A stretch of DNA of 63,475 nt, the filler included, from Bigelowiella natans CCMP2755 (Eukaryota; Protista; Cercozoa): the NCBI GenBank assembly GCA_000320545.1. It is 5 parts of 5 records of this genome, joined end to end, with 100 filler letters (N's around TTAATTAATTAA, not from the genome) between each part and the next. Parts side by side here need not be neighbours in the genome. Positions count along the whole stretch, not along the records: positions 1 to 28,679 come from ADNK01000712.1; 4 more parts are not named here. The stretch is one strand, 5' to 3'. The notes under the pieces were generated by a model. It was not told where the DNA came from and did no database searches. It was given only the letters and a program-made list of their open reading frames with translations. The position numbers were made by a program, and so were the translations under genes. Shown here one piece after another: positions 13,640-27,049 of the stretch. Numbering within the stretch: position 1 is the first letter of the stretch; each line of letters opens with the position of its first letter.

Positions 13640-14145
13640 ATAGGCTAGGTCGAAGTTGCATTGTGATGATTAGATGCGATGTGCAAGATCCAAGTTGCGT
13701 CTAAATTCATGAATGAATGCTGTGCTAGTATGCGCCAGCTTGCAACGATTCGGAGCAACTACGCATGCCATTGCGATGCACGCGCAACTAGCCAAATGAG
13801 TCTATTCGGGTGCACATGGCTTTCTCTGTGTGCGAGTGATTGCGTGCCTTCTAGCTAGCTAGCCTTGCTAGCTTGTCCAATTGTGAACATGTGAGCTGGC
13901 TAGTTGCTGTAGAAAAAAACTAGCTAGCTAGCCATACTACCATACTAGCGAGCAAACCAGCATATAAATACATGTCTATATTTGTAATAAAGATAATACA
14001 ACGTTGACTATACTAGACTGATCATTCATCAATCAGCGTCTAATAAGGTGGCACATAAATGCACTGCATATTTTAGCTTGCTGCCAATATCTAGCAATCT
14101 CACGCAACTAGGCAACGTACGTGATTGCACTCACCACTAGACTAG
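13640..14145. other. GCTAGC/CATG/TGCA palindrome-rich intergenic island 1 (convergent 3' ends)
   Basis: Dense ctagctagctag, gcatgc and tgca words between the stop of a + gene and the stop of a - gene. Confidence 0.7.
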
Positions 14146-14146
14146 C

Positions 14147-14520
14147 TCAGCATAATGGTGGGGGATAGCTAGTGGCGTTAGACCCTGCCGTCTTCGTGCC
14201 ATTATTGCTGTGGAAACGTTGCTGCTTGTTTTGTATGACCTCTAGGTGTGTTTTCTCTCGTTCCAATAATAAACCAGCATTTTGGTAGCATCGTTTATAA
14301 AAGGTTTTTAAGCACGATTTTCCTTTTCTCGTGGTGTAGCCCAGTCTTAGCGGGAGCACAGGAAATGCACGAACGTCGCGATGAATGTTAGCGCCACTAG
14401 CTTCGACAGTATTTGCCAGGAAAACCTCTGGGTTGTACGCAGGCCTTTTCTTGCCTGACAGGTTAAATTATTGTAAAGGCTTTTATAAGACGAAAATAGT
14501 GTGATACTCCCTGGTTACAC

Positions 14521-14559
<39 letters not shown>

Positions 14560-14650
14560 GTATATATTTTTCCCCAGCATTACTCAACATATTTACTCAG
14601 TCAAATGGATATATATCATATACATAAGCACACACAAACACACACACACA

Positions 14651-14690
<40 letters not shown>

Positions 14691-15593
14691 CCAACAAACA
14701 TTCAAAATGGTGCACATGTGAAAGCAAAAAAGGTACTTTTTCGATCGCTAAGACGCTGCTCATACCATTCGGGAACGACAGGGTTTTCTGGTTGTGAAAA
14801 CGATACGATTTTAAGAAAGTCTACGCGGGGCTTTACAATTTTCTCGATCTCAGACAACGAATAAAAGAATCCGCTGCTTCCATCGATGGCACGATGGTGA
14901 GCTTGCTGACGCTCATCATTTTTATTTTCGGCAATGAAAGTTTTTGCTGTTGATATATGGCCGGATCGCTGTAGGATAGAGTCGGTAAAAAAGGGAGGTC
15001 TTGTCTCATCGAGATCCAAAACGAAGAATGCGTCGACCTGCAGAAAGAGCAAAAGTAAATATCGTCAAAAAACTACAACTGACTTCTGCATTGAACTAAC
15101 GTTGTTCCCTGCATAATTTTTAACAAGCAACAGTTCCTCCTAAATCCACACTGACTTATACTTTCATTTCTGCTGTCAGCACTGGCTCCTACTGATGCTA
15201 TTGCCTGTGCTACTACTCTCGTGTCGTTCGTCTTACCAAGTGCCCTTTTCGCCTGTTGTGGTCGAATATGTGTGCAATTTTGCTTTTGAGTTCAAGACGC
15301 TGGAGCTGCCCAGTTATGCAAACTGCCAACCGAACTTGCTGATGTTCGTGGAGCTTGTGCTGTTGCACCGGAAGCTGATGTTCGTTCTTCGGGCCAAAAC
15401 CGCCGTCGTGAAAGCTCGAGCAGGCAAACAGTGTGATGAGGACAGCGAAAATAACCAAATTGCCAAACATACATTTCGGTGAATAGGAGAAAGTGTGGCA
15501 TGGGGGAGAATGCTTCTGCCTCTTTCGGTGCCGTTTGAGGTGCTGCTTGCCAGAATGCTGATGGTGAAAAGATCGAAGAGAGAATATCTTCAT
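14147..15593 (-). CDS. Type II membrane protein with RLAVCITGQLQR motif (putative glycosyltransferase-like, DUF7796-like); central part may be missing
   Basis: N-terminal hydrophobic anchor LVIFAVLITLFAC, then VRLAVCITGQLQRLELKSKI, VDAFFVL, and C-terminal YNPEVFL. Exons ~15235-15593, 14737-15037, 14147-14454. Confidence 0.55.
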
Positions 15594-16013
15594 TGATCAG
15601 TTCTTAGACCGAAAATGCCCGACGCCCCCGTAGCTTCAACAATTCATTTTCGAGGAATCGATTTGCAAATGATTGCTCATGTCGGCAATGTGTTGCGGAG
15701 CTTCCTACTTAACAGAGCGAAGCCAGATGACAGCCTGGTTCCTGGCATGCGAGCATCATTTGCAATTTTCCTGCTTCCGGAAACGAAAGATCCAATTTTG
15801 GCCCAACGACATGTCCCTTATGCGAGATACCGCATCAGAATGAGAACGTCATCAGATCGCGACAAGAACATGTAAGCATACTTATAAACGACAATGAAAT
15901 TCTTTGCCGCATTGGCTTTTCCTCCTGCATTTTGGTTGTGGTTTGTCATCCATTTCTCGAGATTCCCTGCCTCGAACTGTCCCCCCCCCCTTCGCCCAGC
16001 TTCCGATTAAACG

Positions 16014-19000
16014 ATGCTGGTGTTGTCCTTGGCTGCCCTGGCAGCATTCGCTCCTTTCGTCTATCCCTTGGATGTCCCCCCTGAGTGGGCAAGAGGAGGG
16101 TACGGAGTCTCTTTAGTCATTTCGTGTTTTCCCCACCAACATCTGTGTTTTGTTTGTTTTTATTTGTTGGTTAGGCAACTCTACGCCAAGTTCATGCACA
16201 AACAGAATTTCGAAAGCAGGGAGGGCCTCACGGAGGAGGTTTTGCAGTTGCCTCTCGATCACTTTGGAAAGCAAGACGGACAAAACCGAACGGTATAAAC
16301 CCATGCACCTTGTCGATCGATTAGCTTTTACTGGTTTGCAATGAAACACCACAAAAACTCCAAGTGGCAAACTAAGAGCACCGTTACCTTCCTTCTCAGA
16401 TTGGAATTCGATACTGGGTAGACGAGACGTGCTATTCTAAAGGTTCCCCTGTGTTTGTGAAAATGGGGGGCGAGGGCGCAGCAGGGCCATCTTTCTGCGA
16501 TTCGAGGTACAGTTATCCATTTTCTCTTCGTAGATAATTTCAGACCGTTCAAATCACAAAAATGGTCTCTTTTCCAACTGAGGATATCTCTTATCTTACT
16601 CTAACCTAATTCGTCTTGTTTCAGGGCGTCGAAGCACAGCGCCCTCGTTCTCGCAGTCGAGCATCGATTCTATGGAAAATCGGTACTGTAACCTCTCTCT
16701 CTTTTCTAGTCCATCGTATGTACTCTGAGAGCTTCGGTTGAGCGTGGAAAGCGATATCCGATGCAATCGGAAGAGCTCGCGTGTGACAAATTCTGCTGCT
16801 TTGAATGGAGGTTGAAAGTATTGTGTGCTCAACTTGGACGCTTATGTTTGCAACAACTCACTTAGGTTCCGACAGGGTCCGAACCCCTCTCTCTTGAAAA
16901 CTTGCAGTATCTTACCGTTGAGCAAAATCTTGCTGACACAAAAGCGATATTGGATCACGTCACGGCCAAGTACAAAGCAGGTTAACAGAGACTGCGGTGT
17001 TTCGGATGCATTCTCTTGCTTCTTGCTCCATCGTGATTGATTTTGTCTCTCTTTCCTCTTCCTCCTCCTCCTCGTTCCCTCCTTGGCTGCTATTTACTGG
17101 CTGATGAGCAGGCACCGGATTTGCTTTTGGAGGTAGCTACAGCGGTGCGACATGCGCATGGTTCCGCCTCACGTAAGTATTCGCAACAACAAGAGCGTTG
17201 TCCACGGCTCTCCCACACCCCAATTCCTAAATCTTAATGCATTGCACACAGAAAACAAAGAGGCGAATAGCATCTATGGTTTTTGTTTTATTTCCATAAG
17301 TGTCTTTCCTACCATCATTATCATCATCATCACAAATCGCGCTCGATGGCAGATACCCCGAGTCCGTCAGTGGATGCATCAGTGAGAGCGGAGTCGTCAA
17401 TGCCATTCTCAACTTCACGAAATTCGACTATCAAGTATTTTTTACGTGCGCATGTTGGTATGCGTGTACACTCGTGCTTATATGCAAAGTTTGGGAAGAA
17501 AGAGAGACTTTTCTGTGTTCACATAAGAAAGCTAATTTAGATGTAGAGGGGAAAAGGTCAGGTAGTTATAAATCATAGAATCGTTCATTACACCCCTCCG
17601 CGCCCTCCCTCCTCTCTCTTCTCCTATGTTTCCTTCCAGGTCAGCACAGCTCTGAGTAAGAAGTCTCTTTCCTGTCGCAGTGACATCGTTGCGGCGTTCG
17701 CAGCGGTCGATCGTCAGTTCTCGAAAGGACGGGTAGCGGGCAACTATATTCCAACCATGATAAATAAAATAGCGTGCACATGTGCTTTGTGTAGCGAAAT
17801 GCGCACTAAATCGTGCGACAATGAATGGTGGTGGTGGTGGTGATGATGATGATGATGATGATATTTTATGATGAATCGTAAAAATGACATAGCATGCGCG
17901 TGCTGAGGCGTGTTGTGCTACGGCAGGGTTCGGAAATCAAGGCGATGTTCAACGCGAATAATCTAAATGGCTCTCAAAACGGTAGCAGTATGTTTGAGTC
18001 ATGTTCCGTCAGCGCGAGCCTGTGCACTGGAGCTAGTGCAAGCTTAGCTTCTTCGTATTTTTAAACCGTAGACACAGATGTGTACATGATGTAAGAGTCT
18101 GACGCGCATCCTCCGTCCCCCCCCTCTTTCCCAACCACCGCAGGCGATCCTGACTTCATGTACGCTATCGCGGATGGGGTGGCCATGATGGATCAGTACG
18201 GGTAGGAAAGTGGCTGCGTTAGATAGCGATTATTCCAGTGATACATCGGCGGGATAAACACCACTCCAAGGTCCGAGATGATGCAACTTTACTTTGTTGT
18301 TAATGACGTACGACAGGAGCAAGGATGAGGTGTGCGCTCACGTAGCGCTCCTGCCTGCGAGTCCTTCAGGTGGGGAGTACAGTACTCGCTCGTTGCGCCG
18401 CTTGTTCCGGGAAGAACCCGATGAATTTCCCCCTCCCCCCCCCCCCGCCCCCTTCCCCCTTCAAACAAAGAGTCCAACTTTCACATATAGGCAGTCAGCC
18501 TTGTGGTTGTTTCTACGACAATCACGGCGAGAGTTTCCCTCATTTGTCTCTGATGATGCTCTCCCGTCGACGTTATGTGCAAAAAGACGCGATCGCCTTT
18601 ATGAGATCATTCGCTTCCCGATTACCAACATCGGGGCGAAAATGCTCAGATGACTTGGGAAAAGGGGGGGGGGCGATTTCGGCGGTGTGTTTGCCGCATG
18701 AGCAAGATCCTTCCCCCGCCTCATGCTCTCGTCATCTCATTTCGCTATTTTAATGGGAATACGATACTGCGGGAGCAAACCCTACTTCCAGCACATGAAC
18801 CCTGATTTTGGTCCTTGTTGTTGCCGCGCTGCTGTTTTGAATGTGCAGACGATGATCGAATCTCCAATTTGAACGAGATGATAATTAAGCACTACGGCAA
18901 CGACTTCGTCAAGGGGTCAATAATGAAAGGGGAGGGGGGGGGTGGGGGGGGGGGGGGGGAGCTAGAGAGACTAAGCACAGCCATGCCTCGTGTTCTCCTC

Positions 19001-19831
19001 TCTTTTTGTTACCTCACCCTCCCCCACAACGAAATGACTTATACAACGGTCCTGCCATCATCAGGTGCTTCTACGACTCAGATTGCATCAAAAACAAAGT
19101 CGTCGGAGCTTCCCAAGGGGTCTGTGTTTCTAGCTGCACTTGTTCTTACGAATACATCTGCTGAATATCGTACACAAGAGAATAGCCTCGAATGGAAGTC
19201 TGTCTATTTGACGGTGGAACGAGTTAAACCCCCCCCCCTTTGTCCAACTACTCAGGTGGGCGATAGATCCTGGCGTTGGCAGAAGTGCTCGGAATTGGCA
19301 TATCTACAAACGGTGTCATCATCATCATCATCATAATTATCATCATCGTCGTCATAATTGATATTGCCCCATCGTCTTTCACTATCCTTACAATCACGAG
19401 CGAGCGTGTATATGTAAGCTCGCCCAAATTTAAAATTGATATTATTTCGCATCATTTTCCTTCCTTTTCCCCATAAATCTCAGGCTCCCGATGAAAATCG
19501 CGCCAGGTGGTTCTTTCTGTGCATAGCCTGTTCGTATGTTGTGTTTGCGGGATCGACGGTAGAAAGGGGGAGCCGGGGGGGGGTTGAGATAGACGCGAAT
19601 ATGAGAGCAAGGACAACGAGGAATGACCGATGCCTTGCGCACGAAGCAACACCCGCAACAAACACGTCGAAGAGTCGAAATAAGGCCCTCACTGTATTGC
19701 CAAGGTCCACGCTGCTCACGCTGGATGCGCTCGTGCAGCAATGCGAGTACATGTTCAATGGCACCCTACCCGACACGACAGGGATCAACCAGAGGTGTGG
19801 AGCTTTCGTTCTCGTAGGCCAGGGCGGTTGA

Positions 19832-19868
<37 letters not shown>

Positions 19869-20638
19869 GCGGCACCAACCGTACTGTTGCTGTCGTTATA
19901 TATGCAGCAAGCGGGCTCGCTACACGTGAATGATCGTGCGGATATTCTCTCGAATTGCTTTGATGATTAGATTATATTTATTGACAATATACAAACCCTT
20001 ACATCCTACTGCTGCTGCCGCTGTCTTCGCATCCCCCCCCCCCCCCCCCCCTTCCCCAGATATGGCGGCGATCAGCCGAAAGGCTCTCAGGTTCGTAAGG
20101 GGGCAGCGTTGGAAAGATAGATTCTCAAAAAGTTATAAGCGTTGCTCAGGAGTTTGTGGGACTCTGAAGTTTATGCTAACGGACGGTGGTTGTTTGTGTG
20201 TGTGTGTGTTGCCTTCTCTATCATTTGAAGGTGGTGTTCATCAACTATAGCGACGACCCTTGGCTGCAAGCATCGGTAAGTTATGTTACGTGCGAGGAGT
20301 CGTCAGTAGGGCAACTTATATAGATGATATCGTAGGAAATTTCAAAGCATGTGTCTAAAAACGTTTCTCCCCATTCCTCCCCCCCCCCTTGCGATGCTCA
20401 GGTGGTTGTCAGCCAGTCCGAGGATCTTCCCGTGTGCATGACTACGGTACTTAGTTAGTTCTGGCTGCACGTGCAACCAACACCGCGACAGTGTGTATGC
20501 ATCTCCTTATACGTGTGCCATCATGATCATAGATGTCTCTTTTCGTCTTATCGCCTTCTTTGTTTGACAGTGCGATGGGTGTGGCCATTGTGGTGCGGGG
20601 GTCCCAAGGTAACATCATCTATTTCACACTAGTTCTAG

Positions 20639-20674
<36 letters not shown>

Positions 20675-20843
20675 TCTCTTCATTTCCCCTCCTACTTCCC
20701 AACTCCCTCCGCTATGGCTTGCCCCGTCATTCATTGACTTCTCATTTCTTGCCACCATTCGCAGCGATGTCGGTGCAAAATGCGAGAGTCTCGCTGATTC
20801 GTATCTAGACAAATGGCTTGCCGCAGGCGCCGAATCGCGTTAA
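16014..20843 (+). CDS. Serine carboxypeptidase family S28 (prolylcarboxypeptidase / thymus-specific serine protease-like), secreted or lysosomal
   Basis: Signal peptide MLVLSLAALAAFA. Spliced motifs QLPLDHF, PVFVKMGGEG, VEHRFYGKS, LQYLTVEQNLAD, GGSYSG (catalytic Ser), YPESVSG, DPW (Asp), GHC (His), and terminal YLDKWL...TAA at 20843. Confidence 0.92.
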
Positions 20844-20859
20844 GCTGCTGCTGTGGGAC

Positions 20860-21960
20860 GGGTTAGGATACAGCAATGTGCATGATGTCACATTTATTTT
20901 CATTTATTTTAGCTCTGACCTACTCTAGTACTTGTCGCATTATTCGGCATTGCGATACGATGCCAATATGTCATATTCATAGCAGTTTACAGGACAGGAC
21001 ATATCTACATGAAAATACACTGCTAGACTGTTGTGGTGTGCATGTGCGCGCGTACGGTCGAACCTGCTAGCCTGCTCGAGCGATGCATGACGTGCGAATT
21101 TTTGTGTACTAGTGTGGGTACAGTATTGCATGCTTGTGTGTGGTGTTTGTCATATTCTGCCTGGCAAGTTCTGCAGCAGAGCTGCGTAGCTGGTCTAGTG
21201 GTGGCATGCAGCGCGGTGCATAATGTGCGGGCAACACGCACTTCAGTAGAAAAGCATGAAGCTGCTGTTTGTTTAGCGCTTCATTGTGGCTTGCTAGCCG
21301 TGGCTAGCATGGCTTTGTTTGTCTAGATGCTCTAGTGCTGTGCAGACAGCGCTAGCACACATGAATGCACACATGTGAAGATTTGCATGTGAGCAGTTAT
21401 TCTAGCTCTAGAGCTAGCTAGTATAGTGTCGTAGTACGAGCTAGCGAGCGCAAGTATTTGCTTGCGGTGTCGACCATGCTAGCTAATGCTAGCTAGCACA
21501 CGACGCGTGCACAAATCTACATGCAACTTGCACACCTCTAGATCTAGCAATAGATGTGCGATGCTAAGTGTCCTGACTAGCTGAGACTACAGCCTTCAGG
21601 GCTAGTGACATCTAGGCGCCACATGTGCCTAAAATCTAGCATGCAAACGTGTGTGCGTAGCACGTTAGCATTGCAAGCATATGTAGCATTTCTCAGTCGC
21701 GCTAGCGCGTGCCATGTTCATTTTTGACCCATTAGTGCATAGCTTGCGATGCTGCCGGCTGCGAGCTAGCTAGCTAGCTCGTGCGCGCTCACAATTGCCA
21801 TCATGATCATCACCACAGCAGAACGATCCAAACGTGCACACATGTATGGACAAAGCATTGTGTGCACAGTACACGATGATCTCAAAATCGTACGGCTAGC
21901 TACACATGCTAGCATGCTTACACAGTCATGGCATGTGTGCATGTAACGGATACTCACGCA
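20860..21960. other. GCTAGC/CATG/TGCA palindrome-rich intergenic island 2 (convergent 3' ends)
   Basis: Starts just after the S28 stop; many gctagc, gcatgc and tgca words; no coding signal. Confidence 0.75.
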
Positions 21961-22129
21961 CGGAACTGTTTTAGGTCGAGATAGGAACGTACTGCGATGA
22001 GCATTTACGTGACTGTTTCACTTGTTTTCTCAATATTTAACATTTAGTTTACACAGTTGAGCACAATTATATGTACACGCAGGTTGCATCGATATGTAAC
22101 ACCCAGCACTTGATTCGTAAGAAGTCGCT

Positions 22130-23902
22130 ATTACATGTCCTTTCTCGATTCGTAGCTAATGCCAACGAAAGGTACGAGCGCATTGAAAGTTCCACGCAGG
22201 CGCTGAATTAGAGTGATATGTTTTCTGGCGGGAGAACTAACCTGCTGGTCATAAGATGAATCCTAAACTGGAGAGAGGACTCTTTCTATCTTTACACAGG
22301 ATCGGTATAATCAATGCTAAATCCTAGTTCCGAGAACTGAAAACCAAAATCAAATAGAAGGTTTATGAGCTCGATATAAATTTGAATGAGATGTGAAAAA
22401 ATCACATTTTACATCGCTCGCTACGGCGAGGATTGGGGTCAATTGCCGCAAACGGGATTTCATATCGTTTCATGATACTGTAGGTAAACACTCTACAGGT
22501 GGGATGTTTTATCAAACCTTCTGCATGGCTAGAAGTGTTGTAAAATTATGGTGGGTACCTCCTCGGCCATGTCCTCAATATCCTCATTTCTTCCTTCATC
22601 CTTATCCGAATCTCGCCCTACTACTGTCTTCCCTCTCACATCGTCTTTTTGGACCTCCCTATAAGTGCTGTTCTTGAAGGAAGGCTGGGCATGGTGAGGA
22701 CCCCCGTCCACGCCGATCCTGTGCGAATTGTCATCCTGGAACCTGCCCCCCCCTCCTTTCAGGGGTGGTGATTCATGGCTATGCTTAATCGAGTCAAACA
22801 GCCTGCTGGCTGAGCTTACCATGTCCCTGCGGTGGCGGTTGTACGCCTGCTGTTGCTGCTGGTGGCGGTTGTTGTGATGAGCAGAATGGTCATGGGAGTG
22901 GGCCTGCTGACATGATACCGGCGCCCGCTCTAGTTTCCTCCCTCTTCTCATGTTATTTGTAACATTGTATCCTCCTCCTGTAGTTGGGATTATTGACCCA
23001 ATTGCGAGCCTTGCAACACCGGACACGCAATGAGAGCGTGATGGAGAGATGGGATGCGTAGAGGACAGTGTTTCTTCCCCTCTGCGTACGCCTACTCCAG
23101 TCACCACGGATTTTGTATTTGCCGTGTCGCCCTCTTTTCTCAGCCATTTTTCTGGATTCCTGCGATGGCACGAGAGAGGGGTTGCATGAGTTTGGGGGAC
23201 CAATATTATCATTTCGACTCTATCAGATTGGAGACGCAGAACTAGAATGATGTAAATTGACATGGCTGCGCGTACCTATCGTACTCATCGTCGCTATCTC
23301 TCCTATCCATGTGAGAAGAAAACTTTCTTTCTCTAGGGTGGTGATGATGATTGTGACGATGGTGCTTGAGTTGCTGCTGCTGGTGCCGACGAAGCCGTTC
23401 ATTCACCCCAATTCTTTGTTGTTCGTTTTGGTTGATGGTCTTTACCCGCCTACGTCCCTCAGTTTCCTGATGGTAAACGGTGTTGTAGAGAGATTGCTAT
23501 TGCTTTAGATTTGCGCATGGCCTATTTACGTGAAAATGTTCTTACCGCTGCGAGGGCGGGCTTCGGCCTATATAACTTCCTCCTCCCTCTTTGTCTCCTG
23601 CTACTCGTAGCTCCTCTGTTGCTTCCAGAGTTTGAGATGTTGTTCTTCACCTTATTCTTCTTGCCGTCATGCGATGAAGCTGCTGTGGCAGGAGTGCTTT
23701 TTGAGCCATGTTTCGGTTTTCGCCGTCGTCTCCTCGTCCGACCTCCAGCATCTGCAGCTACTGCACTTCCACCCTTTCTCTGTCCTGAAGAACTATTCGT
23801 TATCGTTCCTCTCTCGGATGCGCCATCGTTTCCCTTCCCTCGGGGGAGCTGGGCTTTCGCCTGCTCCATCGTCCTTTTCTCTCTATTTCTTCTGTTCATC
23901 AT
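22130..23902 (-). CDS. Uncharacterised multi-exon basic/low-complexity protein
   Basis: R/K/S/H/Q-rich open segments 23522-23902 and 22555-23170, with GT-AG junctions and small downstream exons. Exact frame and ends are not resolved. Confidence 0.35.
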
Positions 23903-24009
23903 CCGCACTACCCAATGCGAATTCCAACCTGCGACGTAAAATTGTTATTGTCGCAATGAGAAATCCCACAGCTTTTGGGATCATCAATCGATCCAGTTCA
24001 TTCAGTGAT

Positions 24010-25630
24010 GCGAATTCACGCGGACATGCAACCATTGCACCATTGCATCCACACGCATGCCAACTAGCAACCATGGACATAGTGCATGTTGTGCATGTCA
24101 TGTACATCATGTGTACGTATGTACATTGTAGCATGGTGTGTGTGCGTGCGTGTGTGTGGACTCACAAGTCCCCATGCGTGTGAGCTGTCTGTGGCATGTG
24201 CACATCGACCACACGAACCTTCAACTTCACATGCAGTGCAAATCAGCGCACACATGAACATGTGCATCCATGTGCATGTTGGCACACGTGTCGTGATCTG
24301 TTTGGTGCACGTGTGGACATGAAAGGGGCACATGCTAGCATGTGCTTTTTTGGTGCACACCAAGAAGGCTGAAGGGGTGTGCACGTGTGTTTGCACGTGA
24401 TTCTTCGTGTGCACCTGTCTAGCTGTGTTTGCATGTGGACTCACAAGTCCCCATGTGTGTTGAGTTTTGAACTTCTAGGCTTGCAGACCGAAATCACATC
24501 TGACGTCTCCAGATGTGACTCTGCCATGCGATGCTAGCATGTGCAGGCTAGCAGGCTCAGCAGGGATCACAGGATGGCACAATCTAGCAATGCTGCAGAC
24601 CGATAGTCGATCTAGCGATCTAGTGATCTAGCGATGTGCCTGCCAGCTGCGCGATCCAGTCTAGCTAGCAAGCAGTGCTGGGGTGCCAGTAAGCAATGCG
24701 AGCATGCTAGCATGTGAGCAATGCTGACCAGCTAGCTAGCTGGCATGCACTGCTAGACTGCGACACATGCTAGCATGAGCACTGTAGCCGCTGCTTTGCA
24801 TGGCTGCATTGGGAGGACCGCCACTACTAGCTAGCCAAAGAGCTAGACTGGACCATTGCAAAGACTCATGATCACTTCATCATTGCTCTGGCTACTAGCT
24901 AGCTGGCCGCCCTAGCTAGCTAGCGCCTCACACGAACTAGCAAACGCTAGCACACTGCGGCACGTAGACGGACCTGCTAGCTAGTATGCTAGCTAGCTAG
25001 CGCAGAGTCTAGGCAGTGTCACACATCATTGCATGCAGCAATTGCATCCGCATGCTAGCATGCATGCTAGCATGGTCGTGTGACGATGGCGCCCATTTCA
25101 GCATTGCTAGCTAGATTGTGTGCAATGCTAGAATGATGGTGTGCGGCTGCCACGCTAGCACGTGTACACGCTGCTAGTGCTAGCGCATTTGCGATCACCG
25201 CGCGTCATCACATTTTTAGCATGATGGTCATCCTCATTTAGTTCTATCTGGTCATCCATAGTTTTTTCATGTGCAGATTGCTCATTATCCGGAATGAAAC
25301 TTGCTAGCTTGGACAGCAAGAGATCAAGCACCGTAGAATGTGCAAGCATGTGCGTGTCTCTTGCCTTAATTGTGTGCATCCATCAGTTATTTCGCTGTTA
25401 CATTGCTAGATTGGTTCAAGGCAATGCCAGCTGCAGTACATGCTAGCACATGTGCACATGTTTGGTTGGTACACGTGGAGTTGTGAATGGCACACATGCA
25501 CTTGAAAAATATGGTAAAGGTGTGGTGTACAAGGCAGGAGACCATGTATGTACAAGTACATACGTGTCTCTTGCGCGATATGTAGATGACATTCATGGGA
25601 ATAATAAATTAATGCAGGATGCAGTGGCAT
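24010..25630. other. GCTAGC/CATG/TGCA palindrome-rich intergenic island 3 (largest; 3' of coactosin)
   Basis: Highest density of gctagc; perfect 24-bp palindrome CATGCTAGCATGCATGCTAGCATG at 25051-25074; (GATCTAGY)3 near 24610. Confidence 0.8.
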
Positions 25631-25748
25631 AATATTTTCCAACTCTAACACAGAATTCAGGAGATGTAAACTCTCGAAGAGCCTTCAGATATTGAAGACG
25701 GAACAAAACGATATTTCTACATTTATCTACCCAGAATGAATAATCATC

Positions 25749-25987
25749 TCATTTTTTTTGGTAGAACTCGAGTTGAATCTTTTCGTCACATCCGAAATCG
25801 TAGTAGACAGGCTTGTGAGCTCCGCCAGATGCACAGAGTTTCTTGACTATTACCAGTTCGAGAGGAATTAACAGAGGGAAAAAGAAAAGACTGCATAAAA
25901 TAATGAAGGCTATGTATTTTTCTACTTTTTTTCTTTTTCCTGAACGCTACAAATTTCTTGCATGACTGACACTACAGAAACTACGTA

Positions 25988-26053
<66 letters not shown>

Positions 26054-26647
26054 TCTGTGGTTATCTTTACCGATTTCGTCCGCACTGACATCGTCGCTTC
26101 CGTTCGCGTCGAATGAGCAAGCTGAATATCCACGTCAGCACATTCGGTTAAAATTATTGTTATCATAGGATGATAAACCTAGTGATCACACAGCTAGCTT
26201 TTAAAATGGAGTGTTTCGTTTGTGCCTCTTTTCAACAATTATTCATTACCAATTCCCTTGAAGATTTTTGAAACCTTTTGCTTTCCTTCCAAAGCACCCA
26301 TCTTTGCAAATGCAGAAACCTTTTCTCCAACCCAGTTGATCTGGACCAACTTGGGCCGGATAGAAGTAACATTTTCTTGCACATCAACACCGTGTACGCG
26401 AAATAATGCCCAAGAGCACTTGCCCTCATCAAATGCCTTGCGAAGAGACTCAAGCCCTGAATTACCAATTAAAAAATAATTATTTCAAATAACGTTCCAA
26501 AAAGAAATCTTTATCACGAATACCGTCTCCTGTTGCATCGACAACGGCCTTTTTCTTCTTGTTAAGGCTAAGGATCATCCACTTGCCAGATTTTTCATCC
26601 TTCTCGGAGATTTTTGCGAAAACTTCAGCAGGTGATGATTCAGACAT
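25749..26647 (-). CDS. Coactosin-like ADF-H (actin-depolymerising factor homology) protein
   Basis: Four exons: MSESSPAEVFAKISEKDEKSGKWMILSL...G / GLESLRKAFDEGKCSWALFRV...RPKLVQINWVGEKVSAFAK / ACSFDANGSDDVSADEI / VKKLCASGGAHKPVYYDFG...TGA. The K.V.I.WVG..V and GGAH signatures match coactosin-type ADF-H. Confidence 0.85.
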
Positions 26648-27049
26648 ATTGGCCGTTCTAAGTCTGCAATAAAATTGAGTAAGTGCGTAGCAATTTGCAT
26701 TATGTTTTCTATGATCCTATCTACGTATTCTTCCAAATTATCATTCGCCAACGGTTACAAGATTTGGATGTATAGTAGATAGCAGATATGAGTTGAGAAT
26801 TAGCTCAAAATATCGTTCATTCGTCACAGTTGGTGCATCAGTGCATCTCTGTGAGTGCATGTCTCCCACCTCGGTAGGAATTAAATGGATTGCAGAGAAA
26901 AAGGAGTGATAATTAAAAGTGAGATGGGAAGAGATAAGTAGAAAGGAAGAGTGGGGCAAGGGAGAGGCGGGGGAGGCAGCTAACCTTGAGGACAACAGAT
27001 TTGTTGCGTGAATGAAGGCTCTTTCTCTTTCAATAAATTCTATTGTACT

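Noticed and set aside
24155-24455. Direct repeats considered as a CRISPR-like array or LTRs
   Set aside because: Only two 22-bp copies, eukaryotic context, no cas or retroelement ORF.
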